This document shows positions 25,847-39,240 of a stretch of 64,000 nucleotides of DNA, piece by piece. Below the pieces are notes generated by a model that was not told the origin of the DNA, did no database searches, and saw nothing but the letters and a program-made list of their open reading frames with translations. The stretch is from Oopsacas minuta (taxonomy: Eukaryota > Animalia > Porifera), in the NCBI GenBank assembly GCA_024704765.1, contig JAKMXF010000344.1, forward strand, positions 2,004 to 66,003. The letters are read 5' to 3'. Position 1 is the first letter of the stretch; each line of letters opens with the position of its first letter. The position numbers were made by a program, and so were the translations under genes.

Positions 25847-28064
25847 CAGTTGTTCCCAACCTTTCCTAACTCACGTACCCCTTCGCGATAGCAGAATTTC
25901 CCGCGTACCCTGTGGAAAAGTATACTGAGTATAGCATATTAATGTTTATTTTACTAGAAAGAATTATATTATAATAAATTACGTTTCTCAATGAGATGGT
26001 TGCGATTGCTTCAATGCAGCTAGTTTCTTAATGTCAGGCGAAGTATTTGAATTGCACATCGTATGTCGTCTTGAACAGACAATCGATTCCTGTGTTTGGT
26101 TTTTATGTGAAATAGTGTCGAAAAACCGGATTCACACAAGTGGAAGGAAATGGGATTAGCAGTCTATTGCCAGTTTAGATACTTTGGGGTACGCATTGAC
26201 CATCTTACACTAAAAACTAATCAGATGAACTTCAGTGAAAAATTCTTTTGCATTGCTATCATTGATCATTTCAATGAATTCTTCCTGTTCGGCTTCTGGG
26301 ATTGAATTAAAATCAACTTTGAGAGTATTTCTGAAAAAATTGAAGTCTCTGTCATTGACATCTTCAAATATGATAAAAATTCTTTATGTAGTGCTCTCAA
26401 GTGCTCCAGGATTACTTCTTTCGTTTCAACATCTAAAACTGTTTTCTTCTCAGTAGTGAGTGCATTCAAAGTATGAAACTGGTTCAATTTTCCTTTGCTA
26501 ATTTGGCCACTCCACAGATCTAATTTCATTATTAATGCATTGACCTTACCCACAAAGTCAAGTAGTGTGTTTTCTCTTCCTTGCATGGATAAATTTAGTC
26601 TACTCAGTTGAACTAAAATATCAACAAGGTAGGCAAGTTTTAGGCTCTGCTCGTCAATGTTAAAATGCAACATTAAGTCTTGTTGATTCTTTTGCAAAAT
26701 AAACTCTTGAATTTAGACTCGTAATTCAAACACTCGCTTAACTACATTACCTCTGGATAGTCAGCGGACTTCCGTATGAAATAGGAAGGTTTCTGAGCTT
26801 GCATCGAGATCTTTACATAACTCTCGAAATAGACGTGTATTCAAAGAACTACGCTTAAGGTAGTTTACTAATTTGATAACCCCAGACATAACATCCAAAC
26901 GCAAAGGTGGGAGTGTTTTAGCTGCAAGAGCATGTCCATGTATCATGCAATGAAGTGACAAAACATCTGAAACTTGAGTTATAACTCGGGCTTGAAATTC
27001 CGAATGACATCCTAACATTGCTGGAGCTCCATCACTACAGACACCACATAGGTTGGACCATATCTAACCGTTATCATAAAGAATTCGTTAACTTTTTCCA
27101 AATACGTCAATTCCTCTTCTTGTTGTTTCTAATGGTAGGCAAAAGAGAGTCTTCTTTGAAATCCCCATCATGAATATATCTGGTGAAGCAAATTAGCTGA
27201 GCACATGAAGCTACATCTGTCGACTCATCTAACTGGATACTGAATAAACCCAACGGTGCTGTTATCATCTCGGATATAACTTGTAACTTGACATCTTCTG
27301 ACATATCTACGATACGACGGTGAACAGTGTTATTGGAAATGGATAATGGTGCTAATTTCTTAACGTCATCTTCACCTAACATTAACTTAACTGCTTCTTT
27401 GATGCAAGGAAGGACCAAAGTTTCCCCAATTGTATGTGGTTTATTTTGTTGAGCAATTTTCAAGGAAATAACGTAAGACGCTTCAATTGCTGAAACTGAA
27501 AGCTGATTAAACTTCCCAGTGGTATCTAATCTGACTTTCTTTAAACCACTTTCTTTTCATTGAAAATACGAGGAATCTTTGTCTCTAAGTTCAGGATGAC
27601 ATGTTTCTAAATGTCTATTCAAAATGCTGGGTTTCATGCTGTCAACAGAAAGTGTTCTAATGCAGATAACGCACTGTGGACGCTCAAATGTTATTGATAT
27701 TGATTGAAGTAAAACCATATTCAATATATTCGTCGGACTACATTCGTCTTTTCTTTCCAGATGCCATTAAGAATAAGGGTACGATGTTGCAGAATAAGAA
27801 TGGATGAATAAGAATGTATGTAATAACAAGTATAGACTATCTATTTATATTCATCACTGAAATATGATGTTTATATAAAACACTAAACTAATGAATACAT
27901 ACGTAAGTAGACATTGTATAACAGTAAGTTTTTAACGCCAACATTATTATTATTCGTCAACTTGAAACCACAAATTATAGTTACCAATAATCTATAATAT
28001 CTCAATTGAGGAGTTTGCGTAGCCCTAATAAAATGGCTCGCGTACCCCAGGTTGGGAACCACTA
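25847..28064 (-). mobile_element. hAT Buster/Charlie element, full length, transposase decayed
   Basis: TIRs are cagttgttcccaacc and ggttgggaaccacta, with a perfect 8-bp TSD cgttaaat (NNNTANNN pattern). Remnants include the BED finger, KIAQQNKPHTIGETLVLPC, IQLDESTD, HCMIH and FHTEVR across several frames. Confidence 0.95.
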
Positions 28065-28445
28065 CGTTAAATGAACTTGATTCATTTGACGTCATCTGAG
28101 AAAACGCAAATTATCTAAATTGATATAGGTGTAAGGTCCCTCAACAGTATGCAAGCCCCAAACCGAACGGTCATGACTCCCCGCTAGCGCCTCATACCTA
28201 CACGCTTCGGAAAGTTCGGATTAACGCAAGAACCGGCAAGACTAGACACAAAGAATGAGCTGAAGTTGGCGCAGAAACAAATCGAGCACATAATAGTGAA
28301 AGTCTTATCAAAAAGTACGATGAGCAACCAACGACCTCTACCAATATAGAGTAGTCCCTACTTTGGTGGTGTTTGGCAATTAGCAACCATGCAAAGCGTT
28401 CGTCAATGCGCTAACAGCTTACCGTATAATTATAAAAATTAGCAA

Positions 28446-28770
28446 TCACTATATATACTTCCGAAAACAGGAGAAATTATCCTAGTAGATGGATAAAAAT
28501 GAGTCAATTTCGCAAATGAGACTATAGTAGTAAATTGCAAAAACATGTAGATATATACTATGTATGTATCTTGTTTATAAAGGAATTACATATAATTCAA
28601 TAATCCTTCACCAAATATATCAAACATGCTGAATCCGATTTTCACACTTTTGGATTAATCCTACTAAATTTATTGTTGTTTTTGTGAATATAAAGTGAAC
28701 AAATAGTTGAAATCTTAAAACATACATAAATACCAGCTATTACCGGCTACCATGGGGTAACAAGTAAGCT
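28446..28770 (+). mobile_element. non-autonomous Helitron-like repeat (family of 54872-55176)
   Basis: It aligns in opposite orientation with 54880-55060 (ataaagga...attcaataa...aaatatatc..catgctgaatccgatt...gaatataaagt...gctat...cggctac). A 3' segment is partly duplicated at 28838-28860. Confidence 0.5.
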
Positions 28771-29420
28771 GAAACTGATTTTGGCATTTCAAATTTCTCT
28801 TATATAAATGCATTTGTTGTTTTTATGACTATTATAATGAACAAATAGTTGAAATCTTAACATTTATGCAGAGACCTGCTCGGATATTCCACATCGTGGG
28901 AGGTCTACAAGTTGTATATAGTATTTCGATGTAACAACGCTTACTAGGGCGTCCCATGCATTTATTAACTCGAAGACAATATTGTTCTTGACATGTTGTA
29001 GGAGACAATCCAAGTGAGGTGAATGCTTGGGAAATCCCTGTAGAAGTTGGACTAACTACTATCTGAGATGTAAATTCAGATTGAGGGGGACATACCGACC
29101 CTAAGCCGAACCGTCAACCCCCTCCCTCCTTTGCGTACCTCATACTTATACATAGTAGCGTCGAGAGCGTGGGCAGGGGTCAAAAATTTAGTGAGCACGG
29201 GCCCGTTGCCCATGCTCACTAAAGTTTCTCTCTCACTCCACCACATGCTGGTCAGGCGTTCCTATAATCAATTCAACCTTCATGTGAGTTGTCAAAAATT
29301 ATATTTATTAGTGTCATATCCCAGTATGGAGCTCTCATTTCCTCTTTACATTGGCCAGAACCGTGTACACCCATAAAATAGTTCTCGTTAGTTGCTTATG
29401 GAGTTCAGATAGTCAATGTA

Positions 29421-30424
29421 CAGGGTGTCTAATAAGTTCTGTCCTCATATATAATATCTCATTGCATAGTCACGTATGAACATATAAGAAGTGTTAGATC
29501 CATAACTTGTAGCATTCTTTTGCTCTTTCTAACGACATAATAGGTTTCTACATAATATTGGTTATTACTTGTGAAAATAATGACTGAAGAATTAGATACA
29601 AAAAATTATCGCACTTTTCGAAACAGGTAGCTCAAAAAATGGAAAGGTTTCACCTAAGCTAATATATCAACCATAAAACGATATAAGGATACTGGAAGCT
29701 TGAGTGACAAACTTAGATCCGGTCGTCCAAGGTTTGTAAGGACTCCAGCCTTGAAAAACAAAGTCCGCAGCCGAATTTCTCAGAATCCCCGGAAATCCAT
29801 TAGGAAAATGGCCAATGAGTTATCGGTTAACCATGAAACGATGCGAAAGCTGGTAGTTGAGGATCTAGGGCTAAAGTCTTTTAAAAGAAAGAAGGTGCAC
29901 CACCTTAACCCGAGCATTCGGACTAAGAAGCTGGTTAGATCGAAATCACTTCTTCAGCGGTCCGCTCCTGGGGCCCAAGACAATATCCTCTTCTCGGATG
30001 AGAAAATTTTCACGATTGAAGAGGTTGTAACGGATAAAATGGTTGGTTCTTGCTACCAGTTCCACAGCAATTCCAGAAAACCTGAAATACATCAATAGAG
30101 CGCATAAGCCATTGTCTGTGATGGTCGGGGTGGTGTGTCTGTCCGCAAATGCACGGACATATCTAATTTTTATCCCCAATGGGGTCAAATTAACTCTACG
30201 TCATCCCAAGAATTGATTTTGGAACAGGAAATCAGAGTAGCTGGACAAATCTATTTAGAAATAACGCTTGGATCTTTCAACAGCATTTTGCCCCTGCATA
30301 TGCATCCAAAAGCACTCAAGACTGGTTAAGAGCAAGAAAAATCGAGTTTAAAAGCAAAGACGAATGTCCCCATCTAAACCTGATCTGAATCCGCTCGATT
30401 ATAGCGTCTGGGCTAACCTGGAGG
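29421..30424 (+). mobile_element. Tc1/mariner element of the maT (DD37D-like) type, 3'-truncated
   Basis: The left end is TA|CAGGGTGTC. Remnants are RSGRPRFVRT...NPRKSIRKMA, ILFSDEKIFT, QQHFAPAYASKSTQDW and PDLNPLDYSVW. The element is cut off by a hAT end at 30425. Confidence 0.85.
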
Positions 30425-32800
30425 CAGAGCCGGATTAAGCAATTCCGAGGCCCTGGGCTAAATATTCAATCAGGCCTTCGAACGCTTTACACCTAAAATT
30501 TATACAGAGTAAATTTGTTAAATGTATTTCACTAAAGTTTTGTAGAATTAATTATAGTATAAAATTATATGACATCCATCAAAAATTAACTTTTCGAGAC
30601 TTCATTTCAACAAATATCCTTAGTACATCTTCAAATTAAACTTTTTTGAGTAGTTCGCTTTCAATTGACATGAGAGATAGGTAATTAAGTATTTTCTGTT
30701 TCATTTAAAATAAGTTTCAACTTTGAAAATGAGCGCTCTCCTGTTGCATTAGTTATCATGAGTGAAAAATATATACGCATCATAATTTCTACATTCGGAA
30801 ATGTTGATACTAGTTGATAGTCAAATAAGATAACATAAATTTGTTGAACTGATACTAGGCCACAATTCCTGATTTCTAAATCCACGAAGTGACAAAAGTG
30901 CTTGTGTTCCTCTGTAAATTCTTCTCTAAGTCCGATCAGTATTCTTGTCTTAACCGTTCACATGCTAGTTCAATATCTTTTTCTGATATATGTCTGAATT
31001 CATAAAGAAAGCCAAATAAATTATAGACCTGTTCATATGCTTCGATGCGTGTTGAGTGCTACAGATAAGTTGTCCAAAATGGGTAAAAACGAATCTACAC
31101 GGAATTTCAAACTTCCATCGAGAACTAATCTTCTGAATTGCCTTTCCAAACTGTTTTCTCTCTTAATTTGACGTTTTGTCGATTGTCTATACTCCTGATT
31201 GATAACTTTGTCTTTTGCAGCCATTTCAAAGTAATCAAACTTCTCACGTAATTCAACAAAATCCATACAGTGCTTTCAAAAGTTTCACTGTTGTAGCAAG
31301 CTCCATTTTATCTTTTTGAAGTGCTTCGTTCGTTTTATGTATTCTTTTAAGAATCTGAAGCCAGAAATCTGTCATAAATACAGTTTTTAGATGAGATAAT
31401 TTAGAAGAGAATCGCCTTCCTGACGTGTTTCACATCTCTGCAGTTAATTTCCTGCGAGATCTTTCAATGCTACTTGAATTTGAGTGTATCCAAAAGAAAG
31501 TGATTTGATCGCATCAGCATGTGCTGACCATCTAGTGTCTCAAAGTCTCTTTACTATTGATAAATTTGATCCAAGTGGCTTTGTTAATACTGACCATCGA
31601 TAAGTTGATGCAGAAAAATACATACACATATTGGACTATTCCAAAAAAAGAGACTGCCTCAGCACAACTGTCAACAGCACATAATCCTAGTGAGTTGAGT
31701 GAATTTGCGGAACAGGTATGTATACCGCATTATAAATTACTTCACGTATTCGAGCTTGCATCCCTTTATATCGACCTGACATGTTAGAAGCATTGTCATA
31801 AGATTGGCCCCTAATACCACCTACATAAATGCCCTGTTTCTTCAAGAATTGTAGGACTGTATTCGCAAGATTTTCGCCAGTATGACTTTCAATCGGAAGA
31901 AACTTGAGAAACCGTTCAGTTACTTGATGACTAGATTTTTCAATGTAACGAAGTGTAATTGTTAACTGATCGACATGACGGAAGTCAGGAATAGAATCAA
32001 CACTCAAAGGGAAATATTTTGCATCCTTAACTTCACTAGTAATAATTAGTAAAAGTTTCTCTCCCATTATTTGTATAACTTCTTCGCAGATTGTAGAAGA
32101 TAAATACGATGCTCTGCCTTTCCCTATGTTACTATACTTTGCTAAATGATTGCTTAAAAATGGGTCAAACTCAGAAATGAGTCCGAGAATTCCAAGATAA
32201 TTTCCATTTTGTTCTGAATTAATTTGTTCATTTTGACCACGTAGAGCCAATCCACGGGTCGACAAAAACTCTACTGTTGACACAATTCTCTTCAACACAC
32301 TGTGCCAGTATTCTCTTTCTATCTGCAACTGAATTTCCAGTGAAGTGTTAATTCTTCCAGATAGTTTTCTTCTTGAAATCAACACAAACATAGAATTTCT
32401 ATGACCTGAACTGTTCTCATGCTGTGTGATACAAGAAGATGCAGCTCCAGTCACAAATCCTCCATTAGAGAACTGAGATTTTACATCATCAAATAGTTTG
32501 CAAGCAAAGCAGAATATCAAACCAGTAGACGGCGAGTAGAGCAGCCATTCTCTTTTTATTTGTTCAGACTTGAACACTTGCTCTCGAATAGTAGTTACTG
32601 ATCTAGATAAAGAGTGGCCAAGGCACATTAGAAATTTTCTCAGGCCTTTCGAAGTGGTGAAGATATTAATAAGAAGACCATCACATGCAGTCATCCTAGC
32701 AAGAACGGCTGGGAAAGTTGAATCGTTTAGATAATAGTCAATTTTAGTGACCTTCGTACACTTAGATGTAATTCTTCTGTAGAGCCACCATCGCATTCCA
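30425..32800 (-). mobile_element. hAT element, ZMYM1-like (DUF4371) transposase, 5'-truncated and frameshifted
   Basis: ORF 31687-32796 contains REWLLYSPSTGLIFCFACKLF, GLALRG, GNYLGIL, LSVDSIPDFRHVDQL and RGQSYDNASNMSG. The C-terminal TNATGERSFSKLKLI is in 30685-30885. A terminus CAGAGCCGGATTAAG lies at 30425. Confidence 0.9.
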
Positions 32801-35780
32801 ATACATTTTGAGAACTTTACACTACGCTAGTTTCCACTTTGTGATCTTAGACAATGTTTCAATATCTCAGCTCTGGCCAAAGCCATAAAAACATCTTGGT
32901 ACTATGTAACACTAGAACTACTATGAAGCATTTAATCCGGATCGAGATTACAGAACTAATCCCGATATTGGATCCCGGATGTGAAATGGATCGAGATACT
33001 GGGATTGTAAGCCCTAAACTTCCGGCTTCGTAATAGGAATACGTTAGCCGATACAACAAATTACAAGTGATTTATATTGCAGAAACGATGCATATTTCGC
33101 GAATATATGTATGGCCATTAATACCATAGCCTACTAGACGTCAGGCCCATTAATAACTTGAATAGGAATACATAACCCGATGGAACATATTCCATGTGAA
33201 TCTGTAAAGTAGAGACTGTACATTTTTGCCCGTATATTTGTATTACATATTCGAAGAAAAAAAATTATCAAGCATTATAACCTAAATATTTCATGTGTGA
33301 GTAAAATACTTATTAAGTAAGTATTTGATAACATATATTATTCTTTGATGCGTGGTAAATGGTTAAATATTGCATCTTTCATTTCGAAGAGGATGTAAGA
33401 AATGATCTATAGATACTTTAATACAAAATATCAACAATATCGTAATACAATGTTGGATCGTTCTTGAGTTGTATTAGAAGCCAGGGATTACATATTATTA
33501 TGAATATCCAATTATAACTCGATAATAGTGAGAATTATTGTCAAATCAATACCGTATAGCTAAATAATACTATCTAGTGATTCGCTGCTAGGTCACCGTG
33601 CGACAAGTTTGTGAATCCGATTTGACATAAAAATGTGTCGTCCCCGGTCTTGCTGTAACTGAAGGAGGAACATCTTTTGTATTACAAATTTTTTATATTT
33701 TGCATAAAGGTTTATATGGGTGATTGCGTATATCCACTTTGAAATAAAAGATGCAATATTAAAGTCATATAAGACATCAAAATGGCATGTATTAAAAATA
33801 ATGCTTACTACGTATATACAATTTTGAGACTGTACTGAAATCTTGAGCATATACTGATTGACGATTATGCAATCCATTAATTCCGTCCAAATGGACCGTT
33901 TATGTATATATAAATCCTTTATTATTTATGATATAAGGCTAACGCATACCTAGCCCCAAATCCACAAGTTAATGCTTGAGCTTATGTATAAATATATCGT
34001 ATAGATCTTAGAAAATCCTCCTAAAATTATTACATTCCAAACAAAAGGCCAAATATCAAGTTTGAAGCTCTTAGGATATCCACAATCAATTTCGAACACC
34101 AAAATCAGTAAGGTTTAAATTCTACAATAAATCCTACATGTCAGCTAGAACAATTATAGACAGCAGAAGCCTCTTTATCGGGACACTTCTGGAGATTGGT
34201 GCCAATAATTCAGAAAACGAAGTCAAACCTGGAGGGGCCAACAAATGAAATTACTGATACTTCAATTTAAATTTCGCAAAAATAGGGTCTTTGCCTCTCA
34301 AACTAGGGGCTCCGGACACCCCAGCGATCCAAAACTGGTTTGAAATCTAACTACACAAATAGATTTCAAACTCGTAATTTTACGATCCAATATTTATAAA
34401 AACAGTATTTACGAGTAGGGTATTATCCTGGGCATCAGGGTCCTACGTCTAAAATGGTTTTCCAATAATTTCATATGATAAAGAACTTACGTACGTCTTG
34501 GATGAATTTGCACACTTAAAAGTAAATTTGCCCAAACAATGGCTTAGTTCGGGTCGCATACCATTTGTAGAAAATACGATGAACTTCGAATCCTGCGAAG
34601 AAAAGATGAACGCAAAAATCATGCCAAGTGAAATTTGTACAAGAACATGCGTGGACTGTCTCCTTGAGGAGGTGCAACTATATTTAGCGGTCGTCAGCAC
34701 AGTGGGAAAATCAGGCACTTCAGGGGAAATAGGCATGTTGGTAGTAACTTTGTTTTTGAAATTTTGTGTATATAGTAGTCGATGCAGAGAAATCGATTGG
34801 AAAAGCCACAGTTTAGTCGATTTCATAAAATGCATAAGATTTATCGTTAATGCATTGATAATATATGAATTTTGGAAACCTATGGGTTATAAAAATGAAT
34901 TTAATAATGTGTTGAAATTTTTGATAAGTCCTAGTTTCCACTGATATATTCCCATAATATTGTATTATGAAGAAGATCATAACGATGTTAGATCAGAATA
35001 TGTATTGGTAAGGCAAAATAGCTAATAGAAAGTCAGGAAAATAGTTCAATGGAATGCAGTTACAGTTCGTTTTAATAGTTTGTAAATATATCCAGATTTA
35101 TCACGAACACTTGGTTGAATTGCTATCTTGGTGGAGGGTTATGAAATGGATAGAACAAATCTATACTGATTCTAACACAATTGGCTCCCAAAATCGTCCA
35201 TATTTAGTCGTTATCCAAATACCAGTATATCCAAAGGATTTCTAAATTTTAGAAGTGATATGCAGACAAATAACCTAAGTGTATTGTGGGTGCATTTGGC
35301 CGCGTCTAGAATTAATATTATAACAAAGCCTTTTTTTAGCTTCCTATATATTTGTATAAACTATCTACTCACGATAAGTTTGAGGACCGTGAATAGAAGG
35401 TGCAGACATGTCCGAAACGGATATTTCCACCTAATTTACAACCAATATTTTGTAAAAGTCTGAGAATCACAACCAACTGTAATAATTTCAATAGACACTC
35501 TAGATTTTGAATAAACAATGATGTTAAGTTTAAAGCTATATAACTTGATCTAAAATAATGTACAAATGGTTACATACAATTGATTATGAAACCACAAGTT
35601 AGCATTTTCGAAATTGATATATACTTTCCTAAGTATTTACAATAACTCAATGAGTTCAAGTCTCACAAGCACAAAATTTAGAATTCTAGGAAATAAAAGA
35701 ATTTTCAAATAACGAGGATGAAATCTAAACAATCTAAGCATGTCAAAAATATCAATTTCCACCTATTTGCATACTGTAGT

Positions 35781-36008
35781 CAGCGGCGTAGACAGGTGGC
35801 GCGATATGATATTTACTACTATCAGGTTAATTTATGGACATTCAAAAAATTAAAAATTACATTAATAAATACAATACTATATTTAATTGATTTAATATCT
35901 AGACAAAAGGATAAAACGTTAGTTAAACTGGTATGGTGGTAAAATAGTTTTGAATACAATAGTGCTAAAGGTGGCGCCACCTCACTTATAGAGTTACCTA
36001 CGCCCCTC
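35781..36008. mobile_element. hAT-type MITE
   Basis: Termini are cagcggcgtag and ctacgcccctc. The 8-bp flanks are actgtagt and gctgtagt (7/8). aggtggcgc is repeated internally. Confidence 0.65.
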
Positions 36009-36143
36009 GCTGTAGTACACTTAAGCAAAATCTGAGGCACGGATTGTTTAGCATACGGACGCGGGGAAGTCGCTTAGCGACATAGCAAGTAGAACTCTAT
36101 TAATACTTAATAACTATGGTATCAAAGGAGCCAGTTTATATAC

Positions 36144-37004
36144 TTAAATATTCGCTTCCAATGGAACGCTCAGAAATTCAATAAAACCAACTTTGTTAAC
36201 TTCAGAATTAATGATAAATTGAATACACAACATTCCGCCATTATTAATTCTGAATGAAGATTTCAATGCATATTGTAATGCTTTTGAGAAATTCTTAAGA
36301 GAAGAGAGTTTGTACACAAAAGAAGATTCTTGTAGTGGAGAATAAAATTTCATTTTCTCAAAATTATCAGGATTATTGTGAATATCAATCTGACAATGTC
36401 CTAAAGCTCCTTTCGAAAGAAACCTCAATAACTGTTCTTTTGGAGATAATTGTATCTCAAGGATTGTATTGTTCATATCAAGATGACTGATAATGTCCTT
36501 CAAACTTTCTGGCTTCAGTACAAAATGACATAGTATAGATTCCTTTTCAAAGGCAAAGTCTAAGGTTTCGTACGGGTATTGTGTAGAAATTGTACCTTCA
36601 ATAACAACTCCATGTTCTTCTAAAACTAACATAAGAGGAGCATGCTTCCGATAATTAATAAACAAAGTGAGATGATTAGGAGAATTTCCAAAAATCTGAA
36701 GAAATTCTAACAATAATGTGAGATTGAGTTGAAAATATATTTCCTCAGGCAACAATCGAAACACTTCAAACATTAGTTTTGGGATAAAACAACTTGAGCT
36801 AGAGGAATTGGTCAAACAATTCGTGAACTTTAAACCGCGAGAGGAAACGAAACAAATACATTTTTCTGAGAAATGAATTCCTTTAAGAATTCTCTTAAAA
36901 ATTTTAGGGTGTTCCATTTTTACATATAATAAAGGTTCTTCAACAAAATGATCAGTGCCCAACTTATACTCTTTTGAAGATTTCAAGTTATCATGTTTTT
37001 TCAT
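36144..37004 (-). CDS. RAD1: cell-cycle checkpoint protein RAD1 (9-1-1 clamp subunit, Rad1/Rec1/Rad17 family), intronless
   Basis: The uninterrupted 286-aa frame from ATG 37004 is collinear with animal RAD1 as I recall it: ILKGIHF(S)EK, FQLNLTLLLEFLQIFG, PLMLVLEEHGVV, ETLDFAF, LDMNNTILEIQLSP, YKLSSLK...KAL, FRINNGGMLCIQFII, FIEFLSVP. The ORF track's extra 22 codons start at a TTG. Confidence 0.93.
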   Translation of the reverse strand: MKKHDNLKSSKEYKLGTDHFVEEPLLYVKMEHPKIFKRILKGIHFSEKCICFVSSRGLKFTNCLTNSSSSSCFIPKLMFEVFRLLPEEIYFQLNLTLLLEFLQIFGNSPNHLTLFINYRKHAPLMLVLEEHGVVIEGTISTQYPYETLDFAFEKESILCHFVLKPESLKDIISHLDMNNTILEIQLSPKEQLLRFLSKGALGHCQIDIHNNPDNFEKMKFYSPLQESSFVYKLSSLKNFSKALQYALKSSFRINNGGMLCIQFIINSEVNKVGFIEFLSVPLEANI

Positions 37005-37902
37005 TAAAGCTACATAAGTAATGAGGAAATGGAGCTGGTAAACAATATTAGTCAGAAAGAGAGTAGTCAATATTCATTATTTTTTCGTCAACATAATCAC
37101 AGTCTCCCAAAAATTAATAATTGGCATCTTGAGGCTAAAAAATATCTTTCAGCCGGGAAGGTACACTTGAAGTATCATAAACCCTAGTGGCATAGCGAGG
37201 GAGTGAAAGGGGTGCACAAGCACCCACCTTTTCCGTAGTACACAAATCTACACGTGGTACGATGTGTGTTTTAGGATCTCTCTGTTACCTTAAGGATTTT
37301 ACCATATTGAATAGTTCAAACTGACACCTCCCTAGAGTTATATTTACTGATTAATCCTCAAATAAATGACCTGAAGATCCTGATGAAATGCCTGAACTAG
37401 ACGATTGGAAAATACTGATGTCCCTGGATTTTTTTGTTTATATTGTTTGTGATATAATTGCTGTAATGTTTGCATCTGTTTATGTGTTTCGGGTTAGGCT
37501 TCTCATCTTAGGAGCTATCTGGTTAGATTACAACCTGGTAAGTTTAGCTAGCTCATTCAATATTCATAATTTAGACAATCCTCTAGGGGATGAGAGCGAT
37601 GATTTTTGTTGTTTTTTGTTTATGGATGTTTTGTAAGGGCAATCTAGCCTAATGGCTACAAATTTAAATAACTCTTCCTCTTCGTGTATGCATAGAGTAT
37701 TACAAAATTCTCAACTAATACGTATCGAAATATGAAAAATTTGATGGATTTATACAATCATTAACTTCACTCTTTGGGTTCAGGTGTCCTGGGAAATTAG
37801 AAATTTGAATACACGATTATTACAATATATTCACACTTATCTGCTTGCATTATGTGTATCAATAATCTTACAAACAATATATTGATTAAACTATCTGTTT
37901 AA

Positions 37903-38053
37903 GGGGCCGTTCAAACGTTACGTAACGCTAAAAATGGGGGGAGGTGGTATACCAAGTGTGACAAATTTTGTAACTACAAAACAATAAAAAAACAAGACAC
38001 AAAGTGTAATGTTAAATCTTAGAGAAATTGTATACTTAACGATTGAACAGCCC
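37903..38053. mobile_element. short MITE with TTAA flanks and GGG/CCC termini
   Basis: Ends read TTAA|GGGGCCGTTCAA ... TTGAACAGCCC|TTAA. It is homologous to 12220-12379. Confidence 0.7.
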
Positions 38054-39240
38054 TTAAGTAGAAGAAATATAAAGGGTCTTTCTATGGGACCATGACGAAT
38101 TTGGTAGATTGACAGATTTGGAAAAATACTGCTTTCCATATTTTTAGCACATCACTATTGAAGAATTGTATTATTCTCAATATCATTCCAGAACACTCAT
38201 GTTGGCGTGGGTGTGATGCCCCGTTATCTTGATATGGGGATTCCCATATAGATAGTGTTCTCTGTAATCGTAAAACAATTAGGAATGGGGTTCAATTCGA
38301 GATTTATGAACGAGTTGTGAATTAGCAAGGCGTAGTTAAGGGGTTGCTAGGATTTATTGTACTCTTTTGAGAATCGTCAAGAAATGAGCTACAAAATAAT
38401 GTTCAATAGAACACAATTTTCATGTATAAATTATGGATAAAAATAATTATTGATGTCGATCAGATGGTTGGTCTGAGAATTACTGTTCGGTTATTGCCAT
38501 CTTGTCAAAACCTAAAAATAGAATACAAAGAAAAGAGTGGAATCAGCAATGTCAAGAATGTATACAATTTGCAGGGTTATCACGGAATTCTTAATCATAG
38601 ACACCAACCAATAACTCTCCATATACAGGTCATCACACCGTTTTTACGATTTATTGCGAAATATCGACAAGTAAGGATAATAATAGTTTCTATGAAAAAT
38701 ATGACCCTAACATATAAGACTGAGTTGGTGGCGTACCAAGCACTTTTGGCACCCCTCTTTCTGTAAATTATACAATATATAGCTAAGTATGTATATTGTA
38801 CATATCCTGGGTCGGCCCAAAAAACCGGACCCTAAGCACATTTCAGGCCAACTTGAAACTATTAGTAAAACAAAGCAATAAAAATCTATTTGTTCTATGT
38901 AAAGATATGTTAGTGAATCTAAAGACGAGGTAATAGAGTATTCAGTAGAAGTCTTAGCGAGTTGAGAGAATTTTTGAAACGCCATCCTTCAAGGAAATTA
39001 CAGAAAACTTTTGCTTATATTTGATGTTAAAAATGCGTCCTAGAAATCTAGAATTCATGGTTGGATTAAGAAATATCAGACTGAGAGAGCCGTCAAAAAC
39101 CTAAATAATAAGTCTGAAGGCCGTGCAAGTCATCCCGGGAAAAATAGTTCAGAAGAATGTAACGGGAAATTTGGTCAAAATCCAAAAATGGGAATATTGT
39201 TATTGTGTTTATCTAGAACATAAGCTCTAATCCTCTACCA

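Noticed and set aside
30417-34235. cctggagg at 30417 and 34228 as the TSD of the ZMYM1-type hAT
   Set aside because: No matching TIR precedes the second copy and the maT sequence does not resume after it. It is probably a coincidence.
37005-37070. N-terminal extension of RAD1 shown in the ORF track
   Set aside because: It begins at TTG. The ATG at 37004 gives a length matching known RAD1 proteins.
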